This document shows positions 1 to 12,689 of a stretch of 64,000 nucleotides of DNA, piece by piece. The notes under the pieces were generated by a model. It did no database searches. It was not told where the DNA came from and saw only the letters and a list, made by a program, of their open reading frames with translations. Positions within the stretch are counted from its first letter, which is position 1, and the number at the start of each line of letters is the position of its first letter. The position numbers were made by a program, and so were the translations under genes. The stretch comes from Eledone cirrhosa (taxonomy: Eukaryota): NCBI GenBank assembly GCA_964016885.1, contig OZ024743.1, forward strand, positions 70,556,001 to 70,620,000, in the 5' to 3' direction.

Positions 1-1885
1 AGGCCATGCTTCCATGTTTGGAATTTCTTCTCTAGTTCAGCCATTGATTCAGCTATGAGTGTTAGATCATCTACATATAGGAGTTCCCATGGGCAGCCGG
101 TCTTGAACTCCTCCGTTATAGCCTGAAGGGCAATAATAAATAGTAGGGGGCTAAGGACGGAGCCCTGATGAACACCAACTTTTACGCTAAACTCTTCACT
201 ATATTCGTTGTTAATTCTAACCTTGCTGACTGTTTCTTTATACATGGCTTGTATAGCTCTCACAAGCCATTCCTCAGCACCTAGTTTTCTAAGGGCCCAC
301 CAGATAATCGAGCGGGGTACTCTGTCAAAGGCTTTCTCCAAGTCAACAAAAGCTAAGTATAGGGGTTTACTTTTAGCTAGGTACTTCTCCTGTAGTTGTC
401 GTATAATGAAAAGAGCGTCTGTTGTACTTTTTCCGGACACAAACCCGAACTGCATTTCGTCTAGATCAATTCGCTCTCTGATTAATTGCGCTATTACTTT
501 TTCTGTGACCTTCATGACCTGGTCAATTAATTTAATGCCGCTATAGTTTCCCCTATCTAGGGTATCACATTTACCCTTGTAGCAGTTAATGATGATGCTA
601 CTGCGTCAGTCCTTCAGAACCACCCCATTCTGTATGACTTGGTTTACTATCCGGGTGACCATAGTGTGTCCCACCGTTCCAGATGCTTTCAGGATTTCGG
701 CAACTATTTCCGAAGGCCCGGCCGCCTTGCCCGTCTTCATGTCTTTGATCGCCTTACTTATTATACTACCTTCAACTAGCACTACTGGTCCCTCTATTGG
801 GTCAATGTGGGGGAGACTGTCTTTCTCCCAATTATTCTCCTCATTTAGTAGCCTTTCGTAGTGACACTTCCAAGCTACCTTCTTATCAGCGTCAGTGATG
901 GCAAGTACACCATCATCATTTAGGACACACTTCTCCCCGACAATATCACTGTTTTCCTTGACACATTGCCTAGCAATCCTGAACACCTCACGTTTTTGGT
1001 CCTCGCGTTGTAGAACATGCTTGAACTTTCTTTCCTCTGCTTCCCTTCTTGCGAAGTACACTTGTCTCCTAGCTTCCCTCCTGGTCACTTGATAGTCTTC
1101 TCTACTTCCCCCCATCCCGCCATGCTTTCCAAGCCTGCTTTTTGGCCTTGATTGACCTCTCCACCTTACTGTTCCACTACCAAGTTACTCTCCTCCTGCC
1201 TATAGGCCTGCTCCAACCACAGGTTTCATCTGTCGCCTTCAGCAGGTTAGCTTTCAGGAATTCCCACTGTTCCTCTATAGTGTACGACTCTAATTGCTCT
1301 TCCTTACTATCAAAAGCATCAAGTAATATGCTTTTAAATTTATGACTGGCTGTGGGGTCCTTTAACTTCCATATTTTTCTCCTGAGGATAGTCCTCTTCC
1401 TTTGTCGAATACGTCTCGTCATGACTATGAGGTCGCTAATTATGAGTCTATGTTGAGACGTGCATTCTTCATGGGGGAGGAATTTAGTGTTTACAACAGA
1501 CACTCTGTCACGTCTCCTGGTAAGGATATAGGTGATCAAGTGATTGTCTCGTTTTTTGAAGTTAGTGTTACAGATAGTTAGGTTATTTGCGTCACAGAAT
1601 TCCAGGATTCTGGAGCCTTCCTCATTTCTAGTATCAAACCCATAGCCTCCATGGATTCCGTCATAGTCGTCACAATGTTGTTCAACGTGACCATTTAGGT
1701 CGCCAGCAATAATTATATAGTCACTGTCGGTTATTTTGGGAGGTAGTGAGCATCAGTGTCTCATAGAATCTGTCTTTTATAGTGCCGGGCAGTCTGGATT
1801 GGGGTGCGTACGCAGATATTACTGTCACGGTAGTTCTATTGAGGACAAGTCTTATTTTAATTATTCTGTCGTTCACTCTATTTAC
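1..1885 (-). mobile_element. Decayed RTE-clade LINE (APE endonuclease + reverse transcriptase), frameshifted, runs off the window start
   Basis: Minus-strand translation gives VISAYAPQ, IIAGDLNGHV, SQHRLII (APE) and GKAAGPSEI, FVDLEKAFDRVPR, GVHQGSVLSPLLF, ELLYVDDL (RT), split across frames. Confidence 0.9.
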
Positions 1886-1968
1886 GTCTATTATCTTATC
1901 TGTATTATGTATGTATGTATGTAAAAAGTAAACAGAAATAACAAAGCATACGACACTACATTTATATA

Positions 1969-2033
<65 letters not shown>

Positions 2034-2084
2034 GAGAGAGACGGGGGGAGAGAAAGCGGGAGAGTAGGTAGAGAGGGAGAGTAG

Positions 2085-2137
<53 letters not shown>

Positions 2138-2359
2138 GGGTAGATTTGCTACTTCAAACGAGACAGATAGAACTTATTATACAATATACAGTGTTCTTTA
2201 ACTTTTACGGTCTTTGATCAGGAGACTGTGGCCATGCTGGGGTACCACTTTGAAATCAACCCCAGTAGCCCCCCCCCCCCCTCCTTTATTTTCAAGTCCA
2301 TTAATGATTTTCTCTTTTTGTAGAACCGCTATATAGCGGGACATAAACAAACATGGATA

Positions 2360-3826
2360 TACAATGTGATGAGCCTCTACACACAATGTAATGATCCTCT
2401 GCACACAATGTGATGATCCTCTACACACAATGTGATGATCTTCTACACACAATGTAATGATCCTCTACACACAATGTGAAGATCCACTACACACAATGTG
2501 ATGGTATTCTACAAGCAACGTGATGATCTTCTACACACAATGTGATGATCCTCTACGCACAATGTGATGATCCTCTACACACAATGTGATGATCTTCTAC
2601 ACACAATGTGATGACCCTCTACACACAATGTGATGATCCCCTACATAACATGTGATGATCCTCTACACACAATGTAATGATTCTCTACACACAATGTGAT
2701 GAGCTTCTGCACACAATGTGATGGTCTTCTACACACAATGTGATGAGCTTCTACACACAATGTGATGGTCCTCTACACACAATGTGATGACCCTCTACAC
2801 GCAATGTGATGATCCCCTACACACAATGTGATGATCCTCTACACACAATGTAATGATTTTCTACACACAATGTGATAATTTTCTACACACAATGTGATGA
2901 TTCTCTACACACAATGTGATGAGCTTCTGCACACAATGTGATGATCTTCTACACACAATGTGATGAACTTCTACACACAACGTGATGATCCTCTACACAA
3001 AACGTGATGATTTTCTACACACAATGTGATGATATTCTACACAACATGTGATGATCCTCTACAAACAATGTGATGAGCTTCTACACACTGTCATGAGCTT
3101 CTACACACATTGTGATGACATTCTACACACATTGTGATGATATTCTACACACAATGTAATGAGCCTCTACACACATTGTGATGAGCTTTTACACACTGTG
3201 ATGATCCTCTACACATAATGTGATGATCTTCTACACACATTGTGATGAGCTTCTACACACAATGTTATGATCCTCTACACACAATGTGATGATCTTCTAC
3301 ACACATTGCAATGAGCTTCTACACATATTGTGATGATCTTCTACACACATTGTGATGAGCTTCTACACACAATGTGATGAGCTTCTACAGACAATGTGAT
3401 GAGCCTCTACACACAATGTGATGAGCTTCTACACTTATCGTGTGATCTTCTACACACAATGTAATGAGCCTCTACACAAAATATGATGATCTTCTACACA
3501 CAATGTGATGAACATCTACACACATTGTGATGATCTTCTACACTCAATGTGATGATCTTCTACACACATTGTGATGATCTTCTACACTCAATAGGATGAG
3601 CCTCTACACACAATGTGATGATCTTCTACACACATTGTGATGATCTTCTACACACAATGTGATAAACCTCTACACACAATGTGATGACCCCCTACACACA
3701 ATGTGATGAGCTTCTACACACAATGTGATGAGCTTCTTCACACTGTCATGAGCTTCTACACATATTGTGATGTGCTTCTACACACAATGTGATGAGCCTC
3801 TACACACAATGTGATGAGCTTCTACT
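2360..3826. repeat. Minisatellite, 22-23 bp unit (TGTGATGATCCTCTACACACAA), roughly 60 copies
   Basis: Direct tandem repetition with point variants and no unique spacers. Confidence 0.95.
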
Positions 3827-3839
3827 ATTTTATATATAT

Positions 3840-4004
<165 letters not shown>

Positions 4005-4037
4005 TAATAATAATAAAATGTGAATATATATATATAT

Positions 4038-4177
4038 AGGAAAATGTTATAGACCTCGACGGCAGAGCTCAAGCCGTTTCAACGGCTACTTCTGGACTCT
4101 GCCATCACTCTACCCAAATATCGAGTACTCTGGTGCGTTATGGTCCACTTGGTTCGTTCCTTACCACACTTCCTTCG

Positions 4178-4180
<3 letters not shown>
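4038..4180. mobile_element. Short (TA)n-flanked element, family A (partial hammerhead 3' half; inverted 5' part)
   Basis: Shares AAGCCGTTTCRACGGCT and GAGTACTYTGGTGCGTTATGGTCCAC with copies at 34885-35017, 47730-47921 and 63520-63651. Confidence 0.7.
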
Positions 4181-4242
<62 letters not shown>

Positions 4243-4508
4243 AGAGGCAGAGAGAGAAAACAAACTATGTTGGTTTGGTTGACAAGAATCCCCCCCGGCC
4301 CCATCTTAATTGTGTGTCAATCAATTAAAATGTCATTACTGCCAGAAAGAAAATTGGCAGAAAAAAAGTTATTGACGTTTGTTTATATATGTGTTATCTG
4401 TGGGCTGTATATATACATATATACACAGGCAACGATATATACGTATACACACGCATATATACATACACCGCTCCATACATGTGTAATTTTGCCTCTTGTG
4501 TTTTGTTT

Positions 4509-4643
<135 letters not shown>

Positions 4644-4987
4644 AGGGAGAAAGAGAGACAGAGTGAGAGAGAGAGACAGAGAAAGAGAGAGAGGGGGGAG
4701 AGAGAAAGAGAGAGAGATAGTGTCTGTCTGTGGGTTTATTGACACAAATGGGGAAATACATAAATGCTTATGTGTGTGAAGTGAGATATATGTATGTTTA
4801 AAATGGTGGATGGGGGAGAAATTGATGGTTTACTTACGTAGTTGAAATGTTATAGTTCAATGATAGGGTTAATATATGGCTCTGTATATCTATCTACATA
4901 TCTATCTATCTGTCTATCTATCGATCGATCAATCGATCAGTCTATTTATCTATCTATCTATCTATCGGTCGGTCGATCGTTCGATAG

Positions 4988-5040
<53 letters not shown>

Positions 5041-5042
<2 letters not shown>

Positions 5043-5763
5043 ACAATCACCACAACTACCACTACAAAAACAACCACCACAGCTCAAACCAAAACAAAAC
5101 AATGTCCAACCCATCCCCTCCACTCAAAAAACAAAAACAATTTCCAAAACACCCGTACCGCAAACACAACCCGAAAATATACCCCTCCCCTCCAACGCGG
5201 AAGATGACCCTAGTTCGTCGTCAGACGAGGAGGAGCACTTCCACACAATCAAAAGAAAAAAAAGAAAACACACCTCAGACACACAAATGAAAAAAAACCC
5301 TCCCCAAAACATAAGACTGACACCAACACAAAAGAGCTCACAACAACAGCAAACAAAAAACACCACACAAAAACAAAAACATGCATACACATACATAAAT
5401 ACAAGAAACAAAAAACTGTTAAACATTGTGTACAACAACAATCTAATAAAAACACAAGGGCCTAACTTCACCCAGGCAGGGGATTTCCCCCACCTCAAAA
5501 TGATTAAGGCCCCACAGGACACCTATAAAACTTTAAAAAACAATTTTAAAGAGGACGTGGGTCCCCCCTGCGTCGGGCCCATTAACCGCGTCCTCCTAAA
5601 AAACTATCCCACCCCCTCCCCAAACACCCACACAACTCCAAGCTCCCCAACCACACAACACACTGATGCCCCCACACTTCCACAAACCACCACCCCACCC
5701 AACAACCCATCCCCCACCCTAATGGAAATTGTGCAGCCCGATACCCGGGACGCAGAGAGGTAA
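5041..5763 (+). CDS. LINE ORF1, probably 5'-truncated low-complexity C-terminal part
   Basis: Open frame rich in P/Q/T/K with an acidic SSSSDEEE patch and basic KRKKRK; stops 24 nt before the ORF2 ATG. The end resembles the paralog at 22126-22416 (FKEDVGPP..P..R.LLK.YP; TLMEIVQP vs LTMEVEQP). Confidence 0.65.
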
Positions 5764-5787
5764 GTGCCTTTTCTCTTCACCACCAAC

Positions 5788-8700
5788 ATGGCTATGCTAA
5801 GAGTAGGCTGTTTAAATGCGCGTGGCCTGGGCTCAACTTGGAAGCAAGCAATGCTTCTAAATGACCTCAGGTCACAGCGTATAAATGTGATGGTTATTTG
5901 CGAGGCCCGGATCAGCAACGTGCGACAGCTGGCCCCCACCTTTGATGACTTTGAGATGCACGCATCTCTCTGTCAGCCCGGAGGTGGGGGTGGAGTTGTC
6001 GTTCTGCTGCAAAAACATCTGGGTCTCGCAACACAGATTGTACATTTGGACCCGGAGGGTCGACTAGTGGTTCTGGACCTTGGCAGTGGTAAAGGCGGAG
6101 CGTTTAGGTTGGTAGCCGCCTACGGCCCTTTCGGGTCAATGCGGCCGGACTTCTTCCATCGTCTGGAGACTTTTCTAGGGACGTCCCGCTCCTTGCTATT
6201 AGTGGGGGACTGGAATGGTATCCTAGATGCACGCTGGGACTACGTAGGGGCCTGCCCCGATAGAGAGGGGTGTAATAGCCTCAAAGGGTTAATCGGTCGA
6301 TTTGACCTGGCCGATAGATATCGACTAGATTTTCCGACTGCGCCAACCTGGACTTGGGCAAATCGTAGCGGATCATCTAGGTCGTACCTAGATAGGTTCT
6401 TAGTTAGAATTAAGGATAAGGACTTTTTAAGTTGTCCAAAACTGCGCATGGTTGGCTATTCAGACCACAAATTGGTGACCTGCATGGTCAACCTTGACAG
6501 AACTCATAGACAGGGCCCCGGTTACTGGAAGCTCAACTTGTCCTTGCCGGCAAGTAGAGCCTACAGGAATCGGATTAGTACGTTAGTTAAGGAACGGTTG
6601 ACTGGAGCGATCGTCAACAGCAGGTGGTGGGTATCTCTAAAGAGAGAGATTAGAGTAGTCTCGATAGAATTTAGTAAGGTTCTAGCTGCGGATAGGAATA
6701 GGAAGGAAAGGGAGCTAATAGATAGAGTAGAAGAGGCAATTAGAAGCGGCGACGTGACCAGAGTGCTAGCGTCGAGAACGGCTTTGGGCCAGTTTTTCGA
6801 CGCGAAGCACGAAGGCTGCGTTGTCCGAAGTAAAATACGTGCTCTAGGGAACGAGGGGACCAAAGCTGTTAGCTGGGCCCGCGTGACAGAGGCCAACAGT
6901 GGAACTAAATCCACCATCCGGTCTTTGCGAGACCTGGATGGACGGGCGATTCTTGACTCTAAGCAGATGTGTGAGGCCTTTCAAAGGCACTTTGCCCAAC
7001 TGTTCGGGAGGGGCGGGGAGCCGGTTGGGAACGTGGACTTCGGTCCATACCTCGACGGCCTGCCGCGCCTCTCGGACAGGGAGGCGAAGTCCTGCGAGGA
7101 GCCGATTTCGGCCGCTGAGATAGAGGACGTGCTGAGCCAATGCGGCAAACGCAAATCCCCGGGTCTCGATGGTCTTCCTTACGAATTATATCTAGATATG
7201 CCGGACTTGTTCCCTGATCTCCTCGAGGCGGTCTACTGCAACTGGCAACAGAACGGGAGAATTCCCTGTACTGTGACCAAGGGCGTAGTCACGCTAGTGA
7301 GGAAGGACGAGAACAAGGGGGACGAAATAAGTAACTTCAGGCCCATAACTCTGCTAAATACAGAGTTACAGATTTTGGCCAAGGTGCTAGCAAAGAGGTT
7401 GGCGCTTGTCGTGGGCAACCTGGTGGGAGATGCGCAGACATGCGCTATCCCGTCCAGGTCCATCCATGACAACCTCCACCTCATGCGATACATCATAGAG
7501 AGGGTTGGGAACGAACCCGGCTTTGGTGGGGCTCTGATCAACTTGGATCAATCTAAGGCGTTCGATAGGGTCGACCATGGTTACCTGGATGCGGTGCTAG
7601 CGGCGGCAGACTTCGGACCCGTTTTCAGGGGCTGGATCACTGCTATGCACAGCAGCCGCATCTGCTCTAGGGTCAAGGTGAACGGCTACCTCTCGGAGCC
7701 GTTCAAAATCGCGCGGTCCATCCGACAAGGGTGCCCTCTCTCCTCCCTTCTGTATGTGTTGACTCTCGAGCCACTACTGCGGAAGTTGGAGTTGTTGCAG
7801 GGCATCCCTTTGGAACCGGGATTGAGGAAAGCGGTGTCGGCCTACGCCGATGACGTGACAGTAATGGTGTCGACGGCCTCCGAAATCGAGGCGGTCGGCA
7901 CCTTACTGGAGGAGTACGAAAAGTTCACAGGGGCTAAGCTGAACCGGGACAAGTCGATCGGTTTGCAACTCGGCACGTGGAGGGGCAGACCGATGCCCTC
8001 CGATGGCGTCGTCGGACGCTGGACGGAGGGCCCGGTGAAGTTGCTCGGGGTCTGGTTCGGACCGGACCTCCAGGTGGAGAAAAACTGGGCGGAGGTTACG
8101 AACAGGGTGTTTGCACTGACCCAGAAGTGGGCCAGTTGCAAACTATCCCTGAAAGGTCGGGCGGAGGTGGCGAACACCTACATAGCGTCCGTCATCTACT
8201 ACCGCCTGACCGTAGTGCCCTGCCCAAGGGAAACCCTCACCAATATGGAGCGCGCGCTCTTCCAATTCCTTTGGAAGAGGCGGGCTCCTCTGGTGAGGAG
8301 ATCCATCTGCTGTCAACACCCTTCGAAAGGAGGGCTGGAGATGCCGTGGCTAATGATGCGTAAACACGCATTAAGGCTACGGCACCTCTACGTATTCCTC
8401 ACCGGACAACCGGTGTGGGCCTCGTTTGTGAGACGAACCTTTCCCAGACTCGTCTCACTCACCGAGCTGCAATCCTGTGTCAAGCAAAGACCGAGAAAAC
8501 TGGGCGCCTGGCACACTGAGTGTGCTCAGGCGCTCACCGCCCTCTGGCAGGCGGATCCGGTTATCAGTGGAGACTCCACCGCAACATTCTATAGAGGGCT
8601 GGTACGCAGCAGGTGCGACGACGCCCTCGGAGAAGCCCTAGACATGAAGGAGGACGAACTGGCCAGCCTGTTCGGTAGGACATTCAGCCCGGGACCTATG

Positions 8701-9225
8701 GACAACTTCCAGAAGTCCCTGGCCTGGCAGTGCTACCGAGGAGCTTTACCCGTTCGAGAAAGGCTCTACAGACACGGGCGCCCGGGTAGGGACCCCGCCA
8801 AAAAGATCTGTCCCAGATGCGTGTGCGACGAGGAAACCGTTGCACACGCATTGGTACACTGCTCGGGCGTAGCCGATCTGTGGGGCTATGTCGAACAACT
8901 GCTGTCAAGGGTGGGACCGATCCGGTTGACCACCGAGTCTATTGTAATGATCAAGCCGCCTCCCCCCTTCAAAGATGAAGCAGAGGCGGTGTTTCTGTGC
9001 GTAATAGCCATGGCGAAAGAGGTTGTATGGTGGATGCGTCTGAAAGGACTGAGGTCAGGCACCTTTCTCTCTGGCCAACAACTGGTCCGTTTCTTCCGAT
9101 ATCATTTCGGAAGAAGGATCAGGATGGAGAGAGAGGTGCTGCACCCCAGTCGTTTTTATGAAAGGTGGGTGAAAGTGGCGAGAATGGCCCGTGTGAATGG
9201 GCCTTCTCTTTACATGAGCCTGTAG
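5788..9225 (+). CDS. LINE ORF2: APE endonuclease, reverse transcriptase, CCHC zinc knuckle (intact, 1145 aa from ATG 5788)
   Basis: CLNARGL, LVGDWNG, SYLDRFL, YSDHKLV; KSPGLDGLPYE, NFRPITLLN, LDQSKAFDRVDH, IRQGCPLS, AYADDVT; CPRC..EETVAHALVHC. Kozak-like CCAACATGG. Confidence 0.95.
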   Translation: MAMLRVGCLNARGLGSTWKQAMLLNDLRSQRINVMVICEARISNVRQLAPTFDDFEMHASLCQPGGGGGVVVLLQKHLGLATQIVHLDPEGRLVVLDLGSGKGGAFRLVAAYGPFGSMRPDFFHRLETFLGTSRSLLLVGDWNGILDARWDYVGACPDREGCNSLKGLIGRFDLADRYRLDFPTAPTWTWANRSGSSRSYLDRFLVRIKDKDFLSCPKLRMVGYSDHKLVTCMVNLDRTHRQGPGYWKLNLSLPASRAYRNRISTLVKERLTGAIVNSRWWVSLKREIRVVSIEFSKVLAADRNRKERELIDRVEEAIRSGDVTRVLASRTALGQFFDAKHEGCVVRSKIRALGNEGTKAVSWARVTEANSGTKSTIRSLRDLDGRAILDSKQMCEAFQRHFAQLFGRGGEPVGNVDFGPYLDGLPRLSDREAKSCEEPISAAEIEDVLSQCGKRKSPGLDGLPYELYLDMPDLFPDLLEAVYCNWQQNGRIPCTVTKGVVTLVRKDENKGDEISNFRPITLLNTELQILAKVLAKRLALVVGNLVGDAQTCAIPSRSIHDNLHLMRYIIERVGNEPGFGGALINLDQSKAFDRVDHGYLDAVLAAADFGPVFRGWITAMHSSRICSRVKVNGYLSEPFKIARSIRQGCPLSSLLYVLTLEPLLRKLELLQGIPLEPGLRKAVSAYADDVTVMVSTASEIEAVGTLLEEYEKFTGAKLNRDKSIGLQLGTWRGRPMPSDGVVGRWTEGPVKLLGVWFGPDLQVEKNWAEVTNRVFALTQKWASCKLSLKGRAEVANTYIASVIYYRLTVVPCPRETLTNMERALFQFLWKRRAPLVRRSICCQHPSKGGLEMPWLMMRKHALRLRHLYVFLTGQPVWASFVRRTFPRLVSLTELQSCVKQRPRKLGAWHTECAQALTALWQADPVISGDSTATFYRGLVRSRCDDALGEALDMKEDELASLFGRTFSPGPMDNFQKSLAWQCYRGALPVRERLYRHGRPGRDPAKKICPRCVCDEETVAHALVHCSGVADLWGYVEQLLSRVGPIRLTTESIVMIKPPPPFKDEAEAVFLCVIAMAKEVVWWMRLKGLRSGTFLSGQQLVRFFRYHFGRRIRMEREVLHPSRFYERWVKVARMARVNGPSLYMSL

Positions 9226-9544
9226 GTGGAAAAGAGGAAGGAACGAGGGAGCACCCCCTCTCTGTGCTCCTGAGGAAAAGGGTTGCACACTTTTTTCGGG
9301 GGTGTGTGCGACCCCCCAAGGCGCCTCCTCTCTATTGAGGATTTTGTTATAAATTTTATTTTTTGTTATATTTTATAACAAAATCCTCTATTGAGGATTT
9401 TGTTATAATTCTATTTTTTGTTATATTTTATTTTATTTTTATATATTGTTATTGCCTCCTCCTTATTGAGGACGCCTTGTTTTGTAAACTCCCCCCATTG
9501 TACTTGTCCCACTTTTGATGCCCTTGTGGCAAATAAAAGAAACA

Positions 9545-9600
<56 letters not shown>

Positions 9601-9603
9601 AAT

Positions 9604-10915
9604 CTGGCACCTCGACTGCCGTCAGGCGCTCACAGCCCACTACCAAGCGGAAACAGCAATCAGCGGAGACTCCAATTCAACATTCTATAGGGGATTAGTG
9701 GAGGATAAGTGCGACGACGTTCTCGGAGAAACTCTAGGCATGGAGGAGTACGAACTGGCCAGTCTGTTCAGGAGGACTTTCCGTCCAGGGCCTATGGATA
9801 ACTTCCAGAGGTCTCTAGCCTGGCAGTGCTACCGAAGAGCTCTACCAGTTCGAGACAAAATCTACAGGCATGGAGGCCCTGGTAGGGATCCTGCCAAAAG
9901 AATCTGTCCAAGATGCGAGCAGGACATCGAAACCGTTCTGCACGCAATTGTTCAGTGCCCAGGGGTCACCGACCTGTGGAATTATGTCGAACAGCTACTG
10001 TCACGTGTGGGACGCATCCTGTTGTCAGCCGCATCCATCGTGAGGATCAACCCGCCGCCTTCATTTAAGAATGAAAGAGAGGCGGTTTACCACTGTCGGG
10101 TGGCTATGGTGAAAGAGGTAATAAGGTGAACAAGGTTTAAAGGACTGAGGGCAAACACCTTTCTCTCCGGACAACAACTTATTCCCTTCTTTAAGTACCA
10201 CTTCAGAAGGAAGGTAAGAGTGGCGAGAGAGGTGCTACACGCCAGTAAATTCGCTAAAAGGTGAGTGAATGTGGCGAAAATGGCCCGAGTGAATGGGCCT
10301 TCTCTGTATATAAACCTGTAGGTTGAGGAAGATAAATAGAGGGAAGACGGGAACACCTACAAAACGTGTTCCTGGTGTTGAGGGTTGTTCTATCCACGGG
10401 GTGTAAAACAACCCTGCAGTAACGTTCCCCCTATTGGGGATATCAATTGTTATTTTATTATATACTAGCAGTGGTACCCGGCGTTGCACGGGATATGGTA
10501 TTTTGGAACGCGGGCCACCAACAGACATAATCGCGGAAAAACTGCATGCCAGGACAATATGTAAAGAAAATAAACCGAATACTCTGATCGCTGGATAATC
10601 TTGAAGATTTTCCTCGATGAAGCAGGAAAAATGCAGGTTTTCACCTAATGCGCGCCCTAGGAGATCAAGAAAATAAATTTATTTTATGTGCATAATATGC
10701 TTTGAAATTTCGGGACAATCGGTCTGACTTTACGCATCAAAAACCCATAAAAAGCTTTAAAAACGCATATTTTCACCTAATGCGGCCCCTAGGAGGTCAA
10801 AATGTTGAATTGTATGTGCATAACACTCCCTGAAACATAAGTAATACACATGTAAAGTTTTTAAAAAATCGGTTGGTTACTTCTCGAGTTTTAGGGATTC
10901 AAACTCACAGACACG

Positions 10916-10957
<42 letters not shown>

Positions 10958-11368
10958 TCCTCAGGGAAGTGACGTAATACAGACAGTCAGACATACAGAC
11001 AGATATTATAAGGGCGCGACGTTATATGTATCTATCTAAAAAGAGAAAGACTAAGAATTATAGAGAGAGATCGCTAAATCGCCTAATGCGGCCCCTGGGG
11101 CATTCAAAATTTAAAATTCCTTTTGCTCAGAACACTCCCTGAAACATAAGTATTACATATGTAAAGTTTGAAAACGGTCGGTTGGGTGGTTCGCTAGTTT
11201 TAGGGATACAAACTCACACACACACAGACAGACATCCTCAGTTTTATATATATAGATAGTTTATTGTTATTTATTGATGTTAAAGTTATATAATTTTTAT
11301 GTAAAACCCCCGCCGTCACCTCTTGTAATGTCCCATTTTTGTACGCCTCTGTGGCAAATAAAAAAGAT
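9604..11368 (+). mobile_element. 5'-truncated Tx1-type LINE (ORF2 C-terminus + 3'UTR), stacked in the (TATC)n tail of the upstream copy and interrupted by a Helitron
   Basis: MDNFQRSLAWQCYRRALPVR and CPRCEQDIETVLHAIVQC, with in-frame stops; 3'UTR resumes at 11257 and ends GTGGCAAATAAAAAAGATATCTATCT. Confidence 0.88.
10465..11256 (-). mobile_element. Non-autonomous Helitron
   Basis: Minus strand starts TCTATATATATAAAA and ends with hairpin CCCGTGCAACGCCGGG then CTAG; inserted between A and T with no TSD; internal duplication 10780-10920 / 11080-11220. Confidence 0.85.
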
Positions 11369-11389
11369 ATCTATCTGTCTGTCTGCCTC

Positions 11390-11459
<70 letters not shown>

Positions 11460-11515
11460 ATCTATCTATCCCTCTCCATATTTATATACATTATTTATAC
11501 ATATAAATCCTTAAA

Positions 11516-11740
11516 GGGCGGTGGATTGGCCGTATCAGTAGAGGGTCGGACGGCATGCTTTGACGCAAAGCCTTACGTCCCTTTCCTTTACGATCTGAGT
11601 TCAAGTCCCGCCGAGGTTGACTTTGCCTTTCATCCTTACGGGGTCGATAAAATAAAGTACCTGTAATATACCAGTATATTACAGGTACTTTATTTTATCG
11701 AGCCCGTTTGCTGACCTTGTGCCAAAAGTAGAAACAATTA
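11516..11740 (+). mobile_element. tRNA-derived SINE family 1 (this copy has an internal fold-back at 11645-11700)
   Basis: A-box-like GGATTGGC, B-box GAGTTCAAGTCC, conserved core GCCTTTCATCCTTACGGGGTCGATAAAATAAAGTACC, tail GTGCCAAAAGTAGAAACAATT. Confidence 0.85.
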
Positions 11741-11901
11741 TTTATACATATTACATTTTAAGCAATGAATTTCTGCTTTCACTCAAAGCAGGTGAAACTT
11801 TCAGATGATCTGCAATAATAATATATATATTTACTCTACACGTTTACAAACCTCGTTATCATTGTATTTATTACTCTCTCTCCCTCTCTCTCTCCACACA
11901 C

Positions 11902-11933
<32 letters not shown>

Positions 11934-12199
11934 TCGTGTACAGATATTTTTGCATACACAATAACAAAATATAAACAAACGTATTTATTTCACGAGGCTC
12001 GATAAGAATAAATATATATCATTGTTGCATACACAATAACAACATATAAACATTATTTATTTCGCGATAAAATAAAGTACCAGTAATGTACTGGGTAATT
12101 GCTGGCCTTGTGCCAAAGGTAGAAACAATTATTTATTTCGCGATAAAGTATTGATTTTCTTCGCGCGGAAAAAAACTCTGGTAATCTTTCTGCTAGTAT

Positions 12200-12335
12200 A
12201 TATTAAAATAACATATTAAAGTTTGAGCAAAGAATCGCTGTTTCCACCCTTAACAGGATCTTCTGAAGATCCCATTAAGGGTGAAAGCAGCGATTATTTG
12301 CTTAAACTTGAATATGTTATTTTAATAAATATTTG
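12200..12335. mobile_element. Fold-back short element, family B (hammerhead-like)
   Basis: Inverted arms meet at GATCTTCTGAAGATCC; matches 34820-34885 (-) and 38541-38610 (+). Confidence 0.7.
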
Positions 12336-12477
12336 CTCTTCGGTTTTTGTATATATTTATATATACCAGCAGAAAAACCGCCCTGCGTGCGGTTTTCTAC
12401 TAGCATGTGTAATGTGCATATTGGTATTATACACAAATATATATGCATATAGATATATGTAAATTGAAAAGTAAATT

Positions 12478-12670
12478 GATAATTGTTTCTACTTTAGGCA
12501 CAAGGCCAGCAATTACCAGTGCATTACTGGTACTTTATTTTATCGACTCCGTAAGGATGAAAGGCAAAGTTAACCTCGGCGGGATTTGAACTCAGAATGG
12601 CAAGGGCCGTAACTCTATGCGTCAAAGCATGGCGTCCGACTCTCTACCGATACTGCCAATCCACCGCCTT
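12478..12670 (-). mobile_element. SINE family 1 copy with probable target-site duplication TGAAAAGTAAATTGATAAT
   Basis: Reverse complement of the family-1 consensus; same flank sequence on both sides. Confidence 0.88.
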
Positions 12671-12689
12671 GAAAAGTAAATTGATAATA

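Larger units (their letters stand above)
5041..9545 (+). mobile_element. Tx1/L1-clade LINE, near full length (ORF1 C-terminal part + intact ORF2 + 3'UTR), flanked on both sides by (TATC)n
   Basis: Two-ORF layout; 3'UTR ends CCCTTGTGGCAAATAAAAGAAAC followed by (TATC)n; (TATC)n also lies upstream of 5041. Confidence 0.93.

Noticed and set aside
2360-3826. CRISPR-like or snoRNA box C (TGATGA) array
   Set aside because: Units are contiguous with no unique spacers, no cas genes and no box D partners; a plain minisatellite in a eukaryotic context.
6240-8908. Antisense and alternative-frame ORFs within the Tx1 ORF2 (likewise 19404-21953)
   Set aside because: Expected shadow ORFs of a GC-rich coding sequence.
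11516-11620. Functional tRNA genes at SINE heads
   Set aside because: A/B boxes are present but there is no intact cloverleaf, and the heads are joined to the SINE body.
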